From: a virus
Length of the DNA: 64,000 bases
Direction: 5' to 3' (one strand)
IMG/VR virus record: IMGVR_UViG_3300045988_154841
Location: 1-64,000 of that record
Shown here: piece after piece, positions 6,968-16,917 of the stretch
How positions within the stretch are numbered: the stretch's first letter is position 1
How the letters are laid out: the number at the start of each line of letters is the position of its first letter
Made by a program: the position numbers and the translations under genes
Notes under the pieces: generated by a model
Seen by the model: the letters and a program-made list of their open reading frames with translations, nothing else
What the model was told of the DNA's origin: nothing
The model's database searches: none

Positions 6968-6998
6968 CAGATAAGCCTTATTAAAATTTCGAAGTGAA

Positions 6999-7814
6999 AT
7001 GAAAACATTAAGTCACATCTTGGGGTTTATAAAGAAATTTCCCCTGCTAGTATTTTGCATGTTCATTGGGTTACTAGGAATAACTATATACCTTTGCTTC
7101 AAGATTAAAACTCTGAATCTTCAGCTAAGCAAATATGAGCCGGTTCATAACTCTCGCATAGATGTAACCACATATAACACCGGCTTAAAGGGTAAAAGAA
7201 CTTTTCAAACCACCACTATCGCTGGTACAGAGTCAAAATTCAAAGAAGTACCTCATTATTCAGGGGTTAAGCAACCAGAGAAAATCCTTTACTGGGACTC
7301 TAAAATTTCAGCAGGAACCTCGAGCTCTCAAGTTGGTAAAACATCCTCAATTGATTCATCAATCACTACCAACAAATCTATTTCGGGATTTTATTTCCGA
7401 GACTTTAGCTCAAACACTTATCCAGCAGAATGGAGCCCAAGTAAGGATTCTCTGGTTCAACTTTTATTAGACAGGAACAATATAGCTTTTAGTTTTTACA
7501 ACCGAGGGGCTCAGAAGTATTTGACTAAGTCATACACATTAGACCTAGAGAGGTACAAATACAACTGGGCTCCTTCTTTTGGTTTAACTTACGAAAAAAA
7601 GGTTTTATTCGAAATAAGCCCATACATCTATGGTAGGTATTTGGTTTTTCAAAAGATCTCCACCATAGGTACTGGAATTCAATTCAAGACCAGGAAAATA
7701 GATTATAACCTAGGAGTATCTTGGTCACTGAATGATAGGATAAATACATATTCTAAGTTTAAACCAGATCTAGAATTACAAGTAACTTACAGATTTAAGA
7801 AATGGCTAAAATAG
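6999..7814 (+). CDS. Signal-anchored, Ser/Thr- and beta-strand-rich protein of unknown function
   Basis: The N-terminal TM is FPLLVFCMFIGLLGITIYLCF. The C-terminal half has an alternating hydrophobic pattern ending ELQVTYRF-KKWLK. It occupies the position usually held by the small terminase. Confidence 0.6.
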   Translation: MKTLSHILGFIKKFPLLVFCMFIGLLGITIYLCFKIKTLNLQLSKYEPVHNSRIDVTTYNTGLKGKRTFQTTTIAGTESKFKEVPHYSGVKQPEKILYWDSKISAGTSSSQVGKTSSIDSSITTNKSISGFYFRDFSSNTYPAEWSPSKDSLVQLLLDRNNIAFSFYNRGAQKYLTKSYTLDLERYKYNWAPSFGLTYEKKVLFEISPYIYGRYLVFQKISTIGTGIQFKTRKIDYNLGVSWSLNDRINTYSKFKPDLELQVTYRFKKWLK

Positions 7815-9298
7815 ATTTAAAAAACACTACGGGCTTAAATACCGAGCAAGTAGGTATACTTAATAAAGTAGTACAGGATGTTTTCTTTTTTAGCATTTTC
7901 TGTTTTGTAGTACATCCCGTAAGGGGTAAGGTACATTTTGACCTATACCCTTTTCAAAAATCAGTACTGTACCAATTTATTCTAAATCAGTTCAATATCG
8001 TACTTAAGTTTAGGCAGGCCGGTATAACTGAATTAATATCTATGTACTGTCTCTGGTTAGCAATGTATCATCCAAATAAGAAGATAAATATCATATCGAT
8101 TAAGGACACTACAGCTAAGAAGGTTCTAAAGAAAATCAAATTTATGTATAAGAACCTTCCTTGGTTTTTACAGGTACCTATCGTAAATGGTAGAACTGGG
8201 GAATATGGCTCAGCTTCGATGATAGAGTTTAGTAATGGCTCTTTCATAGAATCAATACCTACTTCATCTGAGGCTGGCCGTTCTGAATCTCTATCTTTAT
8301 TGGTGATAGATGAAGCAGCTATAGTTAGATGGGCTTCTCAAATATGGGCTGCTGCTTTCCCAACATTGTCTACTGGAGGTGCTGCCATAGTTAATTCTAC
8401 ACCCTATGGAGTAGGTAACTTCTATTACTCAACTTGGGTAGATGCTATGTCAGGAGGTAATCCTTTCAACCCAATCAGGCTTTATTGGCGTATGCACCCT
8501 GAAAGAGATGATGATTGGTACAATAACATGTCTTCTGCACTAGGCCCAAAGAGAACTGCCCAAGAAATAGACGGAGACTTCCTATCATCCGGTAATACAG
8601 TATTCGATTTATGGGATATTAAAGCCATAGAGGATTGCTTATCCGATTGGCCAATCATACAACGTAGGTATAATGGCCAATATTTACAATTCTTAGAGCC
8701 TAACCCAAACAAAGAATATTTCATCGGTTCAGATATAGCTACTGGTAGAGCTTCTGACTATTCAACCTTCACTTGTATGGACAAGGAGGGAGAAGAACAA
8801 GCAGTATACAAAGGTAGAATGGCTGTTGATAAATATGCCAGACTATTGGGAGATACAGGAAGATTATTCAACTATGCTACAATAGCTCCTGAATCAAATG
8901 ATATAGGTTTAGCTGTAACTTCTATGCTACAAACAGAAGGTTATCCAAAACTATATTATTATCAGAAGATGATTAAGAAGAAAGGTAGATCTCGTCCAGA
9001 AGTAGATAAATCTCCAGGATGGTTAACCACTTCTAAGAATAGACCAGTTATAATAGATGGGCTAGAATCAGATATTCGTAATGATAATGTTATAATTAAG
9101 GATCCTTTCTTTGTACAGGAAGCCCGAACTTTTATATATGATGGTTTGGGAAGGCCAGTGGCTATGGGAAAACATAAAAGAAACAGTGAAGACGATTCTT
9201 TATCATCCGATGTATATGCTGATGATGATATTATGGGAAAAGCCATCTGCAATCACATACGAAAAGGTAAACAAAATATTATTATACAACCAAGATGA
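7802..9298 (+). CDS. Terminase large subunit (T4 gp17-like family)
   Basis: It has the Walker A-like LKFRQAGITE (RQ-x-G-x-T), Walker B LLVIDEAA, and nuclease-domain acidic motifs GSDIATG and IAPESNDIG. Confidence 0.85.
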   Translation: MAKIDLKNTTGLNTEQVGILNKVVQDVFFFSIFCFVVHPVRGKVHFDLYPFQKSVLYQFILNQFNIVLKFRQAGITELISMYCLWLAMYHPNKKINIISIKDTTAKKVLKKIKFMYKNLPWFLQVPIVNGRTGEYGSASMIEFSNGSFIESIPTSSEAGRSESLSLLVIDEAAIVRWASQIWAAAFPTLSTGGAAIVNSTPYGVGNFYYSTWVDAMSGGNPFNPIRLYWRMHPERDDDWYNNMSSALGPKRTAQEIDGDFLSSGNTVFDLWDIKAIEDCLSDWPIIQRRYNGQYLQFLEPNPNKEYFIGSDIATGRASDYSTFTCMDKEGEEQAVYKGRMAVDKYARLLGDTGRLFNYATIAPESNDIGLAVTSMLQTEGYPKLYYYQKMIKKKGRSRPEVDKSPGWLTTSKNRPVIIDGLESDIRNDNVIIKDPFFVQEARTFIYDGLGRPVAMGKHKRNSEDDSLSSDVYADDDIMGKAICNHIRKGKQNIIIQPR

Positions 9299-10770
9299 AG
9301 ATATTTGGATTCAATTTCTCTATTACTAGAGGAGCTCCAATTATTCAAGAAGAAAAGGAGCAATCTAATAAGAACTCTGTTACTGGCATTGACCCAGGTA
9401 GAGTATCTATCCCTGAAAACCCCTCAGGTATATTATATGGATTGAAGGATTTTACTCAAATGGTAAATCCTTCATTTCGTGTAGAGGTGATAAAATTGAT
9501 AAGGGATCTTTATAAAGTTAATCCTGATGTTAGCAAAGCTCTACAGGATATGTTTGAGTTAACTAACACAGGCCATCAAGTTCAATTCCCAAATAACTCT
9601 GATAAAGAGTCAGAAGCTATGAGCGACCATCTAAAGAGAGTATCAAAGAATTGGTCAAACTATACTGCTGGTATAGATGGGTTAGTGAATAAGATGATTG
9701 TTCAGTATTTCGTAGGTGGAGCAATTTCAGTAGAAGCTGTACCTAATGAAGACTTATCTGGCTTAGCCACTATACTTTTCATAAAGCCTGACTCCATAGT
9801 TTTTAAGAGGGAAGCTAATGGTGTATATCAGCCATATCAACATGTCACTTGCTCTGGTTTATTGGATGGTAAATTGGTAGATTACGTAAAGTTGAATACT
9901 CAGACCTATAAATATGTAGGTATGTATAATGATACCGATGAGCCTTATGGAATACCTCCATTCATGCCTTCTTTAGATTCACTAAAGACTCAGGCAGATA
10001 TGAAAGTTAATATAAAGCATATAATGGAAAATGCTGGTATATTAGGTTTCATGGAAGCTTTGATAGAAAAGCCACAACAACTTGCTAGTGAAAATTCTAG
10101 TATGTATGAAAGGAGGCTAGATTTAAACCTAAGGAGGCTTAAGATACGATTGAAAGAAGGTATGAAAGATGGTTTAGTAGTAGGTTATAAGGATGACCAT
10201 GAGTTTAAATTAAACTCTACCACTAAAGATATGAGCAATCTGGATAAACCTTGGGCAATGAATCAACAATCAGTAGCTAACGGCTTAGGTATAAATAGCT
10301 CACTGATAGGTGTAACTACTCCTACTACTGAAGGTGGGGCAGGTATAAACTTATCTAAGCTTATCTCGCAGTTAAAAGTTATACAAATGATTGTTAGTCA
10401 TACCCTAGAATTTATATACTCTCTAGAACTACGTCTAGCAGGCTTTAATAATAAAGGTATAAACATAGTTTGGTACCCTGCAACGGTATCTGATGATGTA
10501 AAAATACAACAGGCTAAACAATATAAGGTACAAAACTTGAATGCCCTATACAGAGATGGTATAATTTCTATGTTACAGTATGCTCAAGAAATGGGATATG
10601 ACCAACCCGACTTGGATGAGCCCAGAGTACCAATCTCTGAACAACACAAAAATAAACTAGGTATAGACAAAGATAAACGTAAATCAGATAAATCAAAATC
10701 TGACCGTAGGGTTAGAGATAAGAATAATCCACAACCAAAACGGAAAGATCAAAATCCACAACCAAGATGA
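9295..10770 (+). CDS. Portal protein (by position and size)
   Basis: This 491-aa ORF is coupled to the terminase by an ATGA overlap and has a basic C-terminal tail. I recognised no diagnostic motif. Confidence 0.6.
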   Translation: MKIFGFNFSITRGAPIIQEEKEQSNKNSVTGIDPGRVSIPENPSGILYGLKDFTQMVNPSFRVEVIKLIRDLYKVNPDVSKALQDMFELTNTGHQVQFPNNSDKESEAMSDHLKRVSKNWSNYTAGIDGLVNKMIVQYFVGGAISVEAVPNEDLSGLATILFIKPDSIVFKREANGVYQPYQHVTCSGLLDGKLVDYVKLNTQTYKYVGMYNDTDEPYGIPPFMPSLDSLKTQADMKVNIKHIMENAGILGFMEALIEKPQQLASENSSMYERRLDLNLRRLKIRLKEGMKDGLVVGYKDDHEFKLNSTTKDMSNLDKPWAMNQQSVANGLGINSSLIGVTTPTTEGGAGINLSKLISQLKVIQMIVSHTLEFIYSLELRLAGFNNKGINIVWYPATVSDDVKIQQAKQYKVQNLNALYRDGIISMLQYAQEMGYDQPDLDEPRVPISEQHKNKLGIDKDKRKSDKSKSDRRVRDKNNPQPKRKDQNPQPR

Positions 10771-12293
10771 GTAGACCAATAACAACCAGTAACAAGTCCT
10801 ACCTAGATTCGATGGTGATAGGTAGTGGACACTCTATCATGTCCGGTAATATACCGGAGGTAGTACAAGAGAAAAATAAACTAGTACAATTGACTAACAA
10901 CTTCTTCTCTTGGACAAATACCAGTAAAGACTCTGTTCAAGCATTAGGCTTTTGGGGAGGTGATATAGATTATAACACTTATTACCCTGATTTAAAACCC
11001 GATGAACTAACTCCTGCTGATAACGAGTTTATAACTCCGATGTTTAGACTTTTATCAGAGACTATAGTTAGTAAAAACTACAACCCAACTGATTTCAGTA
11101 GAAATGGGGTATTAAAAGCTTCTATGAAACTTCTGCTGGGTCAAACAGTAAACTGTGATCATGAGACAAACATAGGTAATGCTATCGGAGCAGTATCTAA
11201 AGTAGTCTGGCAAGATTCATATAAGGATGGCCAATTCACTATCCCAGGAGGTATAAACGGTATATTAAAAATTGATGGTAAAGCTAATCCTCGTATAGCT
11301 AGAGGTATAATGATGGACCCTCCATCAATACACAGCAATTCAGTAACTGTACAGTTTAAATGGGAGAAGTCACATCCGGAAATGAGTGATGAAGAGTTTT
11401 GGCAAAAACTCGGTACATACGATGAAAATGGAGTATTTATCTGTAGAGTAGTTACTGAAATAGTAAGATATCTAGAAACATCATTAGTCTCACATGGAGC
11501 TGACTATTTTGCTCAGAAGATTGGAGAAGATGGTAAAATTGTAAACCCTGAATTTGCTCATCGTACTTGGAATTCTTTTAAAGAATACGAGAATGATAAA
11601 TCAAAGCAATACTTTTTTATAGATAATAAATCTTGCGGTAACTTTACAGACAACGATACTCAGGTAAACAATAATGTAAATAAGAATCCGAAACCATTTA
11701 AATTAAATGATAATAAAATGAACCAAGAACTGAAAGAATTTTTAGAGAAGCTATTTGGAGACAATATGCTTACTCTCGGTGAAGGTAAAGAGGCCACTCA
11801 GGATGAAGCTTTGTCTTTGGTAAAAGCTTTGGCATCTGATAAGGTTTCTCTAGCCGAAAAGGTTACTAGCCTTACTGCCGAAATCGAAAAATTAACCGAA
11901 AAGGTTACCAGTCTTACTGCCGAGAATACTTCTCTAAAAGAAGTTTCTGAATTTGGTAAGAAATGCCTTGTAAACCTACGTGAAACTGTAGTAGCAAATT
12001 ACAAAAAAATTCAGGGTGATAAGCTGGATGAAAAAGACCCAGTACTTATCATGTTGAATTCAGAAACTACTCCTTTGATTACTTTAGAGGGTTTGAATAA
12101 GAACTATGAGCAAACTCTAAAAGAACTATTCCCTCTTAAGTGTTCTAAATGTGGTTCGAAGGATGTTAGTAGGTCTTCTTCTGTTCAAGACCCCGAAGAT
12201 CCCGATACTACTCAAAATAGTGAAGGTGTAGTGGATAATGCTACTGCAACTAACAATATCCTTGCTCGTAAGAATAAGTATAACAGAGAATAA
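10767..12293 (+). CDS. Putative prohead protease / scaffolding fusion protein
   Basis: It lies between portal and capsid genes. The N-terminal globular part contains CDHETNIGNAIG. The C-terminal part is coiled-coil with a duplicated EKVTSLTAE heptad segment. Confidence 0.45.
   Translation: MSRPITTSNKSYLDSMVIGSGHSIMSGNIPEVVQEKNKLVQLTNNFFSWTNTSKDSVQALGFWGGDIDYNTYYPDLKPDELTPADNEFITPMFRLLSETIVSKNYNPTDFSRNGVLKASMKLLLGQTVNCDHETNIGNAIGAVSKVVWQDSYKDGQFTIPGGINGILKIDGKANPRIARGIMMDPPSIHSNSVTVQFKWEKSHPEMSDEEFWQKLGTYDENGVFICRVVTEIVRYLETSLVSHGADYFAQKIGEDGKIVNPEFAHRTWNSFKEYENDKSKQYFFIDNKSCGNFTDNDTQVNNNVNKNPKPFKLNDNKMNQELKEFLEKLFGDNMLTLGEGKEATQDEALSLVKALASDKVSLAEKVTSLTAEIEKLTEKVTSLTAENTSLKEVSEFGKKCLVNLRETVVANYKKIQGDKLDEKDPVLIMLNSETTPLITLEGLNKNYEQTLKELFPLKCSKCGSKDVSRSSSVQDPEDPDTTQNSEGVVDNATATNNILARKNKYNRE
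11854..11925 (+). repeat. Imperfect 30-nt direct repeat with a 42-nt period
   Basis: CCGAAAAGGTTACTAGCCTTACTGCCGAAA at 11854 and CCGAAAAGGTTACCAGTCTTACTGCCGAGA at 11896 match at 27 of 30 positions. They encode the duplicated coiled-coil segment. Confidence 0.8.
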
Positions 12294-12309
12294 GTAAACT
12301 TTTGAAGAT

Positions 12310-12786
12310 ATGAACAATAACACTCCTCTAACTGTTATGGGAGAGATTACTCCCCGTACAGTACTTTACAAACACGAGTCACACAAGCTTCATCAGGCTT
12401 TTGTACCTAAGGCAAAAACTCCTGGTCAACCAGAAAGGGTAGAAATCTATAAATCTCAACCAGTAGCTATTACTCCAAGCGGAGAGATTGAACCTTTTAC
12501 TGGAGCCACTGATCAGATATATCTTGGCATCGCTGTAACTGATAGTATTAACCCTGCTTATACTGGTGTTAAAGGTTATCCAGTAGAAGTAACTGTAATG
12601 GTAGAAGCTTTTGCTATTTGTAACTATGTAGCTAAGGCAGCTCTCAAATGTGGTTATGTAAAACCCAATGGAGTTATGGTAAATAAACACTTTGTTCAAG
12701 TAGAGACTATGACCACCGAAACCAGGTTTATCAGTATCACTGAAGCTACGGCAGCTAATGATGTTGTTCAGGTACTAATTCGATAA
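12310..12786 (+). CDS. Putative capsid decoration / cement protein
   Basis: This 158-aa ORF lies directly upstream of the capsid gene, like lambda D before E. A beta-rich GIAV...GYPVEVTVMVEAFA pattern is reminiscent of DUF2190-type proteins. Confidence 0.35.
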   Translation: MNNNTPLTVMGEITPRTVLYKHESHKLHQAFVPKAKTPGQPERVEIYKSQPVAITPSGEIEPFTGATDQIYLGIAVTDSINPAYTGVKGYPVEVTVMVEAFAICNYVAKAALKCGYVKPNGVMVNKHFVQVETMTTETRFISITEATAANDVVQVLIR

Positions 12787-12805
12787 TCTATAAATTCATA
12801 TAAAG

Positions 12806-13930
12806 ATGTCACAAAAACAAGTTGATATTTCTAAGCTAAAAAGCGAAGATTTCATTAAAGATCTAAAAGGCATGGTCCAATTTATGGACTCTGCTAGAGC
12901 TGGTAACAAGGACACAGTTTGTACCGATATCTCTCTAGAGGAGATGGTACAAGAGAAATACGGTCTAAGCCAAGCAGACTTCTTCGAGAAGATTGGTATC
13001 AATCCTAGGATGACTACCATGCAGAATATTTTCACGATGCCAAATGAAGGAGTTCGTTGGATTGTTCCTGAAATTATTCGTGCTGCCATCGTAGCTGGTA
13101 TTAGACAAGCTCCGTTCTATCCAGAACTTATCTCACATGATGAGCATGTATCTGGTCTAAAGATCACTATGCCTCACATCAATATGTCTGATGCTGCTCC
13201 GGCAAAAGTAAATGAGGCTGAGACTATTCCTCTCGGAGATATTTCTTATGGTGAAAAGACCGTATCTATCTTTAAGGTAGGTAAGGGCTTTAAGATCACC
13301 GATGAAGTACGGGACTATGTTTCACTTGACGTACTGGGAGTATATCTAAGAGACTTTGGTATTCAATTGGGTTATGCTCTTGATGCCTTGGCTATGGATG
13401 TACTGCTAAACGGTAATATGCTTAATGGTGCAGAATCTGCTCCGGTAGTTGGAGTATATGATACCACAAAAGGTATTCAGTATAAAGACTTGCTAAGGCT
13501 GTGGGTAAGAGCTTCAAGACTTGGCCGTAATTATCAAAATATCGTGGGCGGTGAAAACCTTGCTATTGATATGCTAAACCTTCCTGAATTTAAGGACCGT
13601 AAGTCTGGAACTACGGATGCTACCCTTAACATCAAGTCTCCGGTACCAAGTAAGGCAAATTTCTATATTCATCCTGGAACTCCTGACCAACAGTTGCTAA
13701 TGGTAGATAGGTCTGCAGCACTTATTAAATTGACGGCAAAAGAGCTTATGCTAGAGTCTGAAAGAATTGTTTCTAACCAAACTCAAGCAACTTATGCAAC
13801 TCTTACTACTGGCTTCTGCAAGATGTACCAGGATGCTGCAGTATTGGTAGCAGCTAATAAGGCCTTTACTACTAACGGCTTCCCGGCATTCATGAACATT
13901 GACCCATTCCTACACGTAGGTTTGGAATAA
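12806..13930 (+). CDS. Major capsid protein
   Basis: This 374-aa ORF is in the canonical position after the protease/scaffold and decoration genes. A strong hairpin terminator follows. Confidence 0.7.
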   Translation: MSQKQVDISKLKSEDFIKDLKGMVQFMDSARAGNKDTVCTDISLEEMVQEKYGLSQADFFEKIGINPRMTTMQNIFTMPNEGVRWIVPEIIRAAIVAGIRQAPFYPELISHDEHVSGLKITMPHINMSDAAPAKVNEAETIPLGDISYGEKTVSIFKVGKGFKITDEVRDYVSLDVLGVYLRDFGIQLGYALDALAMDVLLNGNMLNGAESAPVVGVYDTTKGIQYKDLLRLWVRASRLGRNYQNIVGGENLAIDMLNLPEFKDRKSGTTDATLNIKSPVPSKANFYIHPGTPDQQLLMVDRSAALIKLTAKELMLESERIVSNQTQATYATLTTGFCKMYQDAAVLVAANKAFTTNGFPAFMNIDPFLHVGLE

Positions 13931-13935
13931 TACTC

Positions 13936-13962
13936 TAGCAGGCAGATTTAAGCTGCCTGCTA
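13936..13962 (+). terminator. Hairpin after the capsid gene
   Basis: TAGCAGGCAG pairs with CTGCCTGCTA in a 10-bp perfect stem around a 7-nt loop. The T-tract is weak. Confidence 0.6.
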
Positions 13963-13998
13963 CATTCATTAAACAGGTTAAATAAAATATAATATATT

Positions 13999-14412
13999 AT
14001 GGGAAAAAAAGATAAGAAAGTAGAAGGTTACGCTGTCACCGTTGGTGACCAAGCTTATAGCTTTTTCGATGCTTCTACTGGCATTCAAATTACCAGAGGC
14101 GAAGTGAAAGTATTGGACTCACGTCAATACAACTGCCCAAAAATTAAAAGGGCTTTGAGTACTGGCCATTTGCAATTGGCTACTGAAGGTTATAATACTA
14201 TGCAAAACCAATCTGAGATTGACTCTATGGTAGAACGTTTCGAAGATATGGTAAAGTCAGGCATGGAGGCAAGTAAGATAGCCCAGGCATTTACTGATGA
14301 TGAAGTAGACAAAATTGCTGCCGAATATGGTTTAACTCGAGATGAAGGTGAAGACTCTACGGCAGTACTTAACTCTATAATCAAAGCTGAATTCGAAGGT
14401 AAGAAAGATTAA
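13999..14412 (+). CDS. Hypothetical head-associated protein
   Basis: This is a 137-aa acidic ORF in the head module. Confidence 0.6.
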   Translation: MGKKDKKVEGYAVTVGDQAYSFFDASTGIQITRGEVKVLDSRQYNCPKIKRALSTGHLQLATEGYNTMQNQSEIDSMVERFEDMVKSGMEASKIAQAFTDDEVDKIAAEYGLTRDEGEDSTAVLNSIIKAEFEGKKD

Positions 14413-14414
14413 AT

Positions 14415-15320
14415 ATGAATAACCTAGACTTTCAGGTTACAGTAAAAGGTCTAGAAGTTTCTTTCATGATAAATTCCAAAGTCCCAGCCGAAACTACTTT
14501 TGACTGGGACTTTGGTGATGATACTGAATCTGTTCAATTAAAACAGCCAGTACATGTATATGAGAAGCCAGGATTTTACACTGTAACCTTACAGGTTAAA
14601 TCTAGGAGATGTGGCTACATACAAGAGATCCAAAAACTAATAATTCTCTCTACGGTAGTAAAAACTAGATTAACCGATAGCATATATCATCTTATAGACC
14701 GTCTCATACCTGAAGAACTGTCTAAAAAGATGGATAACGACGATAAGTCCCTTTACATAAATAAATGGCAATTATACATTTACCCCTTGGTAGACCGTTC
14801 TAGTGGAGAAGAAATTCCAATAGAAGAATATAATAATGAATTATATTATGAAGGTCTAGAAAACCAATTAATAATGGAATTGGCAGCTTGGGATTACCTA
14901 AATGTAGAAATACTAAAAGTATTAACCAGCACAGCCAATTACCTTAGGGAATTAAACTCTAATAGTAGTTCAGGAGAGGATGACCCAGACGATAGTGGTA
15001 AAGGAGAACGAATAAAGAAAATACAAACTGGGCCTACTGAGGTAGAGTACTATGATTCACTATCAGAATCTAACTCATCACTGTTTAAGGCTTATTCACA
15101 GTTGGTAAAACCCGGTGGCTTCATGGATGAATTGAGAAAAAACCTTTGCATGTTAGCTCAAAGGATAAACATATACCTACCATTCTGTAGTCAGCCTTAT
15201 AGCTTAGTAATACCTGATGTAGTAAATCGTAGAGATCCTGGTATACTAGGTGGACCTAACCCTACAGCTCCTATAAATACTTATGAAGGCGTAACCTATA
15301 CATCAAAAAGACGTAAATGA
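14415..15320 (+). CDS. PKD-domain-containing virion protein
   Basis: FDWDFGDDTESVQLKQPVHVYEKPGFYTVTLQV matches the PKD signature (WDFGDG...H-x-Y...G-x-Y-x-V-x-L). Confidence 0.6.
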   Translation: MNNLDFQVTVKGLEVSFMINSKVPAETTFDWDFGDDTESVQLKQPVHVYEKPGFYTVTLQVKSRRCGYIQEIQKLIILSTVVKTRLTDSIYHLIDRLIPEELSKKMDNDDKSLYINKWQLYIYPLVDRSSGEEIPIEEYNNELYYEGLENQLIMELAAWDYLNVEILKVLTSTANYLRELNSNSSSGEDDPDDSGKGERIKKIQTGPTEVEYYDSLSESNSSLFKAYSQLVKPGGFMDELRKNLCMLAQRINIYLPFCSQPYSLVIPDVVNRRDPGILGGPNPTAPINTYEGVTYTSKRRK

Positions 15321-15826
15321 CTAAACTTGGCAATTATCTAGTAAGTAATAAAGCGTGGGATAGGTATAAGAAAAACATCAAACGCTTTATGGACCAGGAT
15401 GCAGGAAGACAAACTATTATCTGGGCTAAACATGTTAATCAGATGCTTAGTCACGGAGAAGATAGTATTCATAAGTATCATCGGATTGAGATAGAGGCCT
15501 TGTGTTACTACAATGCTTTTAGAAACTGGCCAATAAATGTACCAACAGTATCAGGAGAAACTAACGAAGAAAACCTATCCATATTAATCTCTCGTGATTA
15601 TCTAGAGAACTTACAAGAGGGTAAGTATTGGAAAAAGTTTACTACAGATACTGGAGCTGACACTGACGGATATTGGGATTTCAACTGGTCAGAGGATAGA
15701 TTTGTAATAAACGGTACTGTATATAAGCCTGCTGGAGATACTCCTGTAGCTCAGGCTAAGGATGAAGCTCTGGCTTTCTTACTAATTCTGAAAGTAGACC
15801 AAGGAGCTAAGATAAACTTTTTATAA
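15317..15826 (+). CDS. Hypothetical head-tail joining region protein
   Basis: This 169-aa ORF has an ATGA overlap with the upstream gene. Confidence 0.6.
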   Translation: MTKLGNYLVSNKAWDRYKKNIKRFMDQDAGRQTIIWAKHVNQMLSHGEDSIHKYHRIEIEALCYYNAFRNWPINVPTVSGETNEENLSILISRDYLENLQEGKYWKKFTTDTGADTDGYWDFNWSEDRFVINGTVYKPAGDTPVAQAKDEALAFLLILKVDQGAKINFL

Positions 15827-15834
15827 ACTTTGGT

Positions 15835-16917
15835 ATGAACAAGTGTAACTGTAATAAGAATCAGAAGCTGATACCTTTAAATAGGAAGAACTATAAGGAA
15901 GATTTCTATGTTAGAATTCAACTTATAAAGGATAATGAGCCGGTCAGTTTCCCGAATGGAGATTTTACTATCACCTTTACTAGCAGTGGAGGTGGTAGTT
16001 ATGTGTGTGGTAGGACTAATGGAGTACTAAACAATTGTAAGATAGTAGATGGAATAGCTATTTGTTTTATTATTGGAGGTACTTTAAAGGTAGGTTTAGT
16101 AAAAGCTGAAGTAAAACTAATACAAGAGGATATAAACTTTCCGGATTCTAAACGTAGAGATATATTATTTCCTTGTGGAGTTATAGATATAATCGAAGGT
16201 CCAAGCTCATTTGATGATGCTCAATTGGAGGTAGCTTTGAATTATGCTATTATAACTGCTTATGATATGGCAGTAAAGAAAGGCTATTCTGGCACACAAG
16301 AAGAGTTTTATAATACTTTTTCTAATCTTACTAAAACTTTAAATGATACCAAACTTGCTTATAAAGACCTTAAAACTAAATATGATGATATAGTAGATAG
16401 TTGGGGAACTCTAAAAACCTCTATAACCAACAAGCTAAACACAATCAAGGACGGTAAGAGTGCCTATGAGCTTGCTAATGAACAAGGTTATACCGGCACT
16501 GTACAACAATGGCTAGCATCACTTAAAGGTGAGCGAGGAGAACGAGGACTTCAGGGGATTCAAGGGCAGAAAGGAGACACTGGAGCAAAAGGTGATAGGG
16601 GCTTGAAAGGAGACAAGGGTGACATAGGTTGGCTAGGGCTAGTCAATCATGGCACATCAGATACTACGTTTACTTTAACACCAAATGCTATGCACGTGTG
16701 GGGAGAGGTGGCACAGCTTTCACTAACATTAGGCAATCCAATACCAAACGTGGTGAATGAGTATGTATTTGAGTTTCAGTCGCCTGCTACACCAACAACT
16801 CTATCTCTACCTGCCACGTTGCATTGGTACAAAAACTATATACCAACCATTCGTGCTGGTAAGTTGTATCGGGTATGGATTATAAAGGACTTTATCTTTA
16901 TGTGGGAGGTGAACTGA
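15835..16917 (+). CDS. Collagen-like fibre protein
   Basis: It has the G-X-Y run GERGERGLQGIQGQKGDTGAKGDRGLKGDKGDIG. It is preceded by the duplicated phage-fibre motif AYDMAVKKGYSGTQEEF / AYELANEQGYTGTVQQWLASLKG. Confidence 0.75.
   Translation: MNKCNCNKNQKLIPLNRKNYKEDFYVRIQLIKDNEPVSFPNGDFTITFTSSGGGSYVCGRTNGVLNNCKIVDGIAICFIIGGTLKVGLVKAEVKLIQEDINFPDSKRRDILFPCGVIDIIEGPSSFDDAQLEVALNYAIITAYDMAVKKGYSGTQEEFYNTFSNLTKTLNDTKLAYKDLKTKYDDIVDSWGTLKTSITNKLNTIKDGKSAYELANEQGYTGTVQQWLASLKGERGERGLQGIQGQKGDTGAKGDRGLKGDKGDIGWLGLVNHGTSDTTFTLTPNAMHVWGEVAQLSLTLGNPIPNVVNEYVFEFQSPATPTTLSLPATLHWYKNYIPTIRAGKLYRVWIIKDFIFMWEVN

Noticed and set aside
12379-13089. Minus-strand ORFs antisense to the decoration and capsid genes
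   Set aside because: They overlap strongly supported structural genes on the plus strand and have no signals of their own.
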